Source: Candidatus Multivorans sp.
Lineage (GTDB): Bacteria; Acidobacteriota; Thermoanaerobaculia; Multivoradales; Multivoraceae
Assembly (NCBI GenBank): GCA_965247095.1
Contig: OZ251997.1
Location: 2,112,001 to 2,176,000, forward strand
DNA length: 64,000 bases
Direction: 5' to 3'
The notes beneath the pieces were generated by a model that searched no databases, was not told where the DNA came from, and saw only the letters and a program-made list of their open reading frames with translations. The number at the start of each line of letters is the position of its first letter. Position 1 is the first letter of the stretch. This document shows, in pieces, positions 43,701 to 52,700 of the stretch. A program made the position numbers and the translations under genes.

Positions 43701-46700
43701 AGGACGCGGACCTCGACGACGAGACGGTGACGCTGAGCTTCGGCACCTTGCCGACGGGCGTCACCGCCGGCACGCCGTCGTCGGCGGCGGTGACGCTCGA
43801 GGACGACGACGACGCCGCGGAGGCGTTGACGGTGACCTTCGGCGCGTCGACCTACACGGCGATCGAGAACGGCGCCGCCGTCACGGTGACGGTGGGTCTG
43901 GACAAGATGGCGGACCGGGCGCTGACCATCCCGATCACCCTTTCGCCGTCGACCGGCGACTTCAGCGCATCGTCCACCAGTCTGAGCTTCGCGGCAGGCG
44001 ACCAGACCAAGACGATCACGGTGACCGCGAGCGAGGACGCGGACCTCGACGACGAGACGGTGACGCTGAGCTTCGGCACCTTGCCGACGGGCGTCACCGC
44101 CGGCACGCCGTCGTCCGCGGCGGTGACGCTGGAGGACGACGACGACGACGCGGAGGCGTTGACGGTGACCTTCGCGGCGTCGACCTACACGGCGATCGAG
44201 AACGGCGCCGCCGCCTCGGTGACGGTGGGTCTGGACAAGATGGCGGACCGGGCGCTGACCATCCCGATCACCCTCTCGCCGTCGACCGGGGACTTCAGCG
44301 CATCGTCCACCAGCCTGAGCTTCGCGGCAGGCGACCAGACCAAGACGATCACGGTGACCGCGAGCGAGGACACGGACCTCGACGACGAGACGGTGACGCT
44401 GAGCTTCGGCACCTTGCCGACGGGCGTCACCGCCGGCACGCCGTCGTCGGCGGCGGTGACGCTCGAGGACGACGACGACGCCGCGGAGGCGTTGACGGTG
44501 ACCTTCGGGGCGTCGACCTACACGGCGATCGAGAACGGCGCCGCCGTCACGGTGACGGTGAGTCTGGACGCGACGTCGGACCGGGCGCTGACGATCCCGA
44601 TCAGCCTTTCGCCGTCGACCGGCGACTTCAGCGCATCGTCCACCAGCCTGAGCTTCGCGGCAGGCGACCAGACCAAGACGATCACGGTGACCGCGAGCGA
44701 GGACGCGGACCTCGATGACGAGACGGTAACGCTGAGCTTCGGCACCTTGCCGACGGGCGTCACCGCCGGCACGCCGTCGTCGGCGGCGGTGACGCTGGAG
44801 GACGACGACGACGACGCGGAGGCGTTGACGGTGACCTTCGCGGCGTCGACCTACACGGCGATCGAGAACGGCGCCGCCGCCTCGGTGACGGTGGGTCTGG
44901 ACAAGATGGCGGACCGGGCGCTGACGATCCCGATCACCCTCTCGCCGTCGACCGGGGACTTCAGCGCATCGTCCACCAGCCTGAGCTTCGCGGCAGGCGA
45001 CCAGACCAAGACGATCACGGTGACCGCGAGCGAGGACGCGGACCTCGACGACGAGACGGTGACGCTGAGCTTCGGCACCTTGCCGACGGGCGTCACCGCC
45101 GGCACGCCGTCGTCGGCGGCGGTGACGCTGGAGGACGACGACGACGACGCGGAGGCGTTGACGGTGACCTTCGCGGCGTCGACCTACACGGCGATCGAGA
45201 ACGGCGCCGCCGCCTCGGTGACGGTGGGTCTGGACAAGATGGCGGACCGGGCGCTGACGATCCCGATCAGCCTTTCGCCGTCGACCGGCGACTTCAGCGC
45301 ATCGTCCACCAGTCTGAGCTTCGCGGCAGGCGACCAGACCAAGACGATCACGGTGACCGCGAGCGAGGACGCGGACCTCGATGACGAGACGGTAACGCTG
45401 AGCTTCGGCACCTTGCCGACGGGCGTCACCGCCGGCACGCCGTCGTCGGCGGCGGTGACGCTCGAGGACGACGACGACGCCGCGGAGGCGTTGACGGTGA
45501 CCTTCGGGAAGTCGACCTACACGGCGATCGAGAACGGCACTGCGGCAGCGGTGACGGTGGGTCTGGACAAGATGGCGGACCGGGCGCTGACGATCCCGAT
45601 CAGCCTTTCGCCGTCGACCGGCGACTTCAGCGCATCGTCCACCAGTCTGAGCTTCGCGGCAGGCGACCAGACCAAGACGATCACGGTGACCGCGAGCGAG
45701 GACGCGGACCTCGACGACGAGACGGTGACGCTGAGCTTCGGCACCTTGCCGACGGGCGTCACCGCCGGCACGCCGTCGTCGGCGGCGGTGACGCTGGAGG
45801 ACGACGACGACGCCGCGGAGGCGTTGACGGTGACCTTCGGGAAGTCGACCTACACGGCGATCGAGAACGGCACTGCGGCAGCGGTGACGGTGGGTCTGGA
45901 CAAGATGGCGGACCGGGCGCTGACCATCCCGATCACCCTCTCGCCGTCGACCGGCGACTTCAGCGCATCGTCCACCAGTCTGAGCTTCGCGGCAGGCGAC
46001 CAGACCAAGACGATCACGGTGACCGCGAGCGAGGACGCGGACCTCGACGACGAGACGGTGACGCTGAGCTTCGGCACCTTGCCGACGGGCGTCACCGCCG
46101 GCACGCCGTCGTCCGCGGCGGTGACGCTGGAGGACGACGACGACGACGCGGAGGCGTTGACGGTGACCTTCGGGAAGTCGACCTACACGGCGATCGAGAA
46201 CGGCACTGCGGCAGCGGTGACGGTGAGTCTGGACGCGACGTCGGACCGGGCGCTGACGATCCCGATCAGCCTTTCGCCGTCGACCGGCGACTTCAGCGCA
46301 TCGTCCACCAGTCTGAGCTTCGCGGCAGGCGACCAGACCAAGACGATCACGGTGACCGCGAGCGAGGACGCGGACCTCGACGACGAGACGGTGACGCTGA
46401 GCTTCGGCACCTTGCCGACGGGCGTCACCGCCGGCACGCCGTCGTCCGCGGCGGTGACGCTGGAGGACGACGACGACGCCGCGGAGGCGTTGACGGTGAC
46501 CTTCGGGAAGTCGACCTACACGGCGATCGAGAACGGCACTGCGGCAGCGGTGACGGTGGGTCTGGACAAGATGGCGGACCGGGCGCTGACGATCCCGATC
46601 AGCCTTTCGCCGTCGACCGGCGACTTCAGCGCATCGTCCACCAGTCTGAGCTTCGCGGCAGGCGACCAGACCAAGACGATCACGGTGACCGCGAGCGAGG

Positions 46701-49700
46701 ACGCGGACCTCGACGACGAGACGGTGACGCTGAGCTTCGGCACCCTGCCGACGGGCGTCACCGCCGGCACGCCGTCGTCGGCGGCGGTGACGCTGGAGGA
46801 CGACGACGACGACGCGGAGGCGTTGACGGTGACCTTCGGGAAGTCGACCTACACGGCGATCGAGAACGGCGCCGCCGCCTCGGTGACGGTGGGTCTGGAC
46901 AAGATGTCGGACCGGGCGCTGACGATCCCGATCAGCCTCTCGCCGTCGACCGGCGACTTCAGCGCATCGTCCACCAGTCTGAGCTTCGCGGCAGGCGACC
47001 AGACCAAGACGATCACGGTGACCGCGAGCGAGGACGCGGACCTCGACGACGAGACGGTGACGCTGAGCTTCGGCACCTTGCCGACGGGCGTCACCGCCGG
47101 CACGCCGTCATCGGCGGCGGTGACGCTGGAGGACGACGACGACGACGCGGAGGCGTTGACGGTGACCTTCGGCGCGTCGACCTACACGGCGATCGAGAAC
47201 GGCGCCGCAGCGGCGGTGACGGTGGGTCTGGACAAGATGTCGGACCGGGCGCTGACCATCCCGATCACCCTCTCGCCGTCGACCGGGGACTTCAGCGCAT
47301 CGTCCACCAGCCTGAGCTTCGCGGCAGGCGACCGGACCAAGACGATCACGGTGACCGCGAGCGAGGATGCGGACCTCGCCGACGAGACGGTGACGCTGAG
47401 CTTCGGCACCCTGCCGACGGGCGTCACCGCCGGCACGCCGTCGTCGGCGGCGGTGACGCTGGAGGACGACGACGACGCCGCGGAGGCGTTGACGGTGACC
47501 TTCGGGAAGTCGACCTACACGGCGATCGAGAACGGCGCCGCCGCCTCGGTGACGGTGGGTCTGGACAAGATGGCGGACCGGGCGCTGACCATCCCGATCA
47601 CCCTCTCGCCGTCGACCGGGGACTTCAGCGCATCGTCCACCAGCCTGAGCTTCGCGGCAGGCGACCAGACCAAGACGATCACGGTGACCGCGAGCGAGGA
47701 CGCGGACCTCGACGACGAGACGGTGACGCTGAGCTTCGGCACCTTGCCGACGGGCGTCACCGCCGGCACGCCGTCGTCGGCGGCGGTGACGCTGGAGGAC
47801 GACGACGACGACGCGGAGGCGTTGACGGTGACCTTCGGGAAGTCGACCTACACGGCGATCGAGAACGGCACTGCGGCAGCGGTGACGGTGGGTCTGGACA
47901 AGATGGCGGACCGGGCGCTGACCATCCCGATCACCCTCTCGCCGTCGACCGGGGACTTCAGCGCATCGTCCACCAGCCTGAGCTTCGCGGCAGGCGACCA
48001 GACCAAGACGATCACGGTGACCGCGAGCGAGGACACGGACCTCGACGACGAGACGGTGACGCTGAGCTTCGGCACCTTGCCGACGGGCGTCACCGCCGGC
48101 ACGCCGTCGTCGGCGGCGGTGACGCTCGAGGACGACGACGACGCCGCGGAGGCGTTGACGGTGACCTTCGGGGCGTCGACCTACACGGCGATCGAGAACG
48201 GCGCCGCCGTCACGGTGACGGTGAGTCTGGACGCGACGTCGGACCGGGCGCTGACGATCCCGATCAGCCTTTCGCCGTCGACCGGCGACTTCAGCGCATC
48301 GTCCACCAGTCTGAGCTTCGCGGCAGGCGACCAGACCAAGACGATCACGGTGACCGCGAGCGAGGACGCGGACCTCGACGACGAGACGGTGACGCTGAGC
48401 TTCGGCACCTTGCCGACGGGCGTCACCGCCGGCACGCCGTCGTCGGCGGCGGTGACGCTCGAGGACGACGACGACGCCGCGGAGGCGTTGACGGTGACCT
48501 TCGGCGCGTCGACCTACACGGCGATCGAGAACGGCGCCGCCGTCACGGTGACGGTGGGTCTGGACAAGATGGCGGACCGGGCGCTGACCATCCCGATCAC
48601 CCTTTCGCCGTCGACCGGCGACTTCAGCGCATCGTCCACCAGTCTGAGCTTCGCGGCAGGCGACCAGACCAAGACGATCACGGTGACCGCGAGCGAGGAC
48701 GCGGACCTCGACGACGAGACGGTGACGCTGAGCTTCGGCACCTTGCCGACGGGCGTCACCGCCGGCACGCCGTCGTCCGCGGCGGTGACGCTGGAGGACG
48801 ACGACGACGACGCGGAGGCGTTGACGGTGACCTTCGCGGCGTCGACCTACACGGCGATCGAGAACGGCGCCGCCGCCTCGGTGACGGTGGGTCTGGACAA
48901 GATGGCGGACCGGGCGCTGACCATCCCGATCACCCTCTCGCCGTCGACCGGGGACTTCAGCGCATCGTCCACCAGCCTGAGCTTCGCGGCAGGCGACCAG
49001 ACCAAGACGATCACGGTGACCGCGAGCGAGGACACGGACCTCGACGACGAGACGGTGACGCTGAGCTTCGGCACCTTGCCGACGGGCGTCACCGCCGGCA
49101 CGCCGTCGTCGGCGGCGGTGACGCTCGAGGACGACGACGACGCCGCGGAGGCGTTGACGGTGACCTTCGGGGCGTCGACCTACACGGCGATCGAGAACGG
49201 CGCCGCCGTCACGGTGACGGTGAGTCTGGACGCGACGTCGGACCGGGCGCTGACGATCCCGATCAGCCTTTCGCCGTCGACCGGCGACTTCAGCGCATCG
49301 TCCACCAGCCTGAGCTTCGCGGCAGGCGACCAGACCAAGACGATCACGGTGACCGCGAGCGAGGACGCGGACCTCGATGACGAGACGGTAACGCTGAGCT
49401 TCGGCACCTTGCCGACGGGCGTCACCGCCGGCACGCCGTCGTCCGCGGCGGTGACGCTGGAGGACGACGACGACGCCGCGGAGGCGTTGACGGTGACCTT
49501 CGGCGCGTCGACCTACACGGCGATCGAGAACGGCGCCGCCGTCACGGTGACGGTGGGTCTGGACAAGATGGCGGACCGGGCGCTGACGATCCCGATCACC
49601 CTCTCGCCGTCGACCGGGGACTTCAGCGCATCGTCCACCAGCCTGAGCTTCGCGGCAGGCGACCAGACCAAGACGATCACGGTGACCGCGAGCGAGGACG

Positions 49701-52700
49701 CGGACCTCGACGACGAGACGGTGACGCTGAGCTTCGGCACCTTGCCGACGGGCGTCACCGCCGGCACGCCGTCGTCGGCGGCGGTGACGCTGGAGGACGA
49801 CGACGACGACGCGGAGGCGTTGACGGTGACCTTCGCGGCGTCGACCTACACGGCGATCGAGAACGGCGCCGCCGCCTCGGTGACGGTGGGTCTGGACAAG
49901 ATGGCGGACCGGGCGCTGACGATCCCGATCAGCCTTTCGCCGTCGACCGGCGACTTCAGCGCATCGTCCACCAGTCTGAGCTTCGCGGCAGGCGACCAGA
50001 CCAAGACGATCACGGTGACCGCGAGCGAGGACGCGGACCTCGATGACGAGACGGTAACGCTGAGCTTCGGCACCTTGCCGACGGGCGTCACCGCCGGCAC
50101 GCCGTCGTCGGCGGCGGTGACGCTGGAGGACGACGACGACGCGGCGACATCGTTAACGGCGACCTTCGGTGCGTCGACCTACACGGCGATCGAGGGCGAG
50201 AGGGGCGTCTCGGTGACGGTCAGTGTCGACCAAGCCGCCGACCGGGCTCTGACGATCCCGATCACCACCGATCCGTCGAGCGGGGACTTCACGGGCCCGG
50301 CCGAAGTGGTCTTTGCGGTGGGTGATGACTCGAAGACGATCACAGTCACCGCGACCGACGACCCGGACCTCGACGACGAGACGGTGAGGCTGAGCTTCGG
50401 TGCGCTGCCGACCAATGTCAGTGCGGGGAGCCGGGCGGCGACGACGGTGACGCTCGTGGACGACGACCGAGCGGAGCTCACGGTGACGCTCGGCGCCGGG
50501 GGGACCGAGGGTGGCACGACCTATACGGCGACCGAGGGCGGCACGGGCGCCCAGGTGCCGGTGAGTCTGGGCCAGAGCGCCGATCGCTCCATAGTGATCC
50601 CGATCACCACCGACCCGGCGAGCGGCGACTTCACGCTATCGGCGACCAGCCTGAGCTTCGCGGTGGGCGATGAGACGAAGACGATCACAGTCACCGCGAC
50701 CGACGACCCGGACCTCGAGGATGAGACCGTAACGCTAGGCCTTGGTGCGCTGCCGGTCGATGTCAGTGCGGGGAGCCAGGCGACGACGACGGTGACGCTG
50801 GTGGACGACGACCGGACGCCGCTCACGGTGACGTTCGCCGCAGAGACCTACACCGCGAAGGAAAACGGGACGGAAGCCGAGGTGAGGGTGGCGCTGGACC
50901 AGGCCGCGGACCGGGAGGTGAGGATCCCGATCACCACCGACCCGGCGAGCGGGGACTTCACGGGCCCGGCCGAAGTGGTCTTTGCGGTGGGTGATGACTC
51001 GAAGACGATCACAGTCACCGCGACCGACGACCCGGACCTCGACGACGAGACGGTGAGGCTGAGCTTCGGCACGCTGCCGGTCGATGTCAGCGAGGGGGGC
51101 CAAGCGACGACGACGGTGACGCTGGTGGACGACGACCGGACGCCGCTCACGGTGACGTTCGCCGCAGAGACCTACACCGCGAAGGAAAACGGGACCGAGG
51201 CCGAGGTGAGGGTCGTGCTGGACCAGGCCGCGGACCGGGAGGTGAGGATCTCGATCACCGCCGATCCGGCGACGGGGGACTTCGCCCTGTCAGCGACGCA
51301 GGTGGTCTTTGCGGTGGGCGATGAGTCGAAGACGGTCACGGTGACGGCGAGCGAGGACCCGGACCTCGATGACGAGAGGGTGACGCTGGGCTTCGGCACC
51401 CTGCCGGTCGATGTCAGTGCGGGGAGCCCTTCAGCGACGACGGTGACGCTTGTGGATGACGACGAGGTGCCACTCGTGGTGAGCTTCGGGGCAGCGTCCT
51501 ACGAGGCGACGGAGGGCGGGCCCGCCGCCACGGTGACGGTGGCGCTCGACCAGGCCGCGGATCGGGAGGTGACCATCCCACTCACCACCGATCCGGAGAC
51601 GGGGGACTTCGCCCTGTCGGCGACGCAGGTGGTCTTCGCGGTGGACGATGCGACGAAGACGATCACGGTGACGGCGAGCGAGGACCCGGACCGCGATGAC
51701 GAGACGGTCGAGCTGGGCTTCGGCACCCTGCCGGTCGATGTCAGTGCGGGGAGCCCTTCAGCGACGACGGTGACGCTTGTGGACAAGACGCTACTGGAAC
51801 TCGAGGTGAGCTTTGTACAGGCGGACTACCAGATGAGGGAAGGAGTCGAAGCGCTCATCGAGGTGCAGGTGTCGCCGGCAGCGGACCGGCGAGTGGAAGT
51901 GCCGCTGGAAGTGACGCCAGAAGGAGGGGCGAGTGAAGCCGACTATCGCATGCCAGTGTCTGTAGTGATCGAGGAAGGCGAGAGCCAAGGCACGGTCACC
52001 ATGGAGGTTCACGCGGATGAAGTGAACGATCCTGGGGAGTCGGTTGTGGTGGGCTTGGCAGGGATGCCGGAGGCGGTGAGTGCGGGCGATCTCTCCGCGA
52101 CCCAGGTGCACTTCAGACAGTGGCGGACGACGGAACAGTTCTCGCAAACGCTTGAAGCAATAGCAGCGGTGATCGCACGCACAATGGGTGACAGCGCGCA
52201 AACGGCGATAGAGGGCCGGTTTGAGCGGCATCGGCAGAGGAGTCGATCGGGGCAATCGGTTGACACGATGCCGACACTGCAGCCGGGGAGCGTTGCACTC
52301 TCCGACCAAACGCACATTAGCCCCTCTCCAGGCTCCGTCATAGCGCCGAGTCGGAGAGTCTACGGGCAGCAGAATCGACTACATGGTTCTGGAGCCGGAG
52401 CCGGGCCGCTGGGACCGGGGTCGCGTGGCTTCTCAGGGGTGAGGGATCACCTGTTCAGCCTTTCGGGGGTCTCCTTCGAGATGTCCTCGGGGGCCTTCGA
52501 GACGTCCCTGGGAGAGAGTGAGAAGGAGACGAACTGGGTTCCGGTGTTGTGGGGACAAGGGAATCTGCACCACTTCAGCGGGGACTTGAAGCGGATGGGA
52601 ATGAACTATCGAGGAGGTCTCGAGGCCGCTCATGTGGGGCTGGATCTCTTTGCCGACGACCAGGTGCTCGCCGGTCTGTCGTTCATGCGCAGCCGGGGGC

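Noticed and set aside
41854-50100. Ladder of 25 similar 84-aa minus-strand ORFs
   Set aside because: Antisense shadows of the 333-bp coding repeat, not a gene array
38554-50145. Tandem arrays as CRISPR or DGR
   Set aside because: Units are in-frame protein domains without unique spacers; no cas or reverse transcriptase genes, and variants are not adenine-specific
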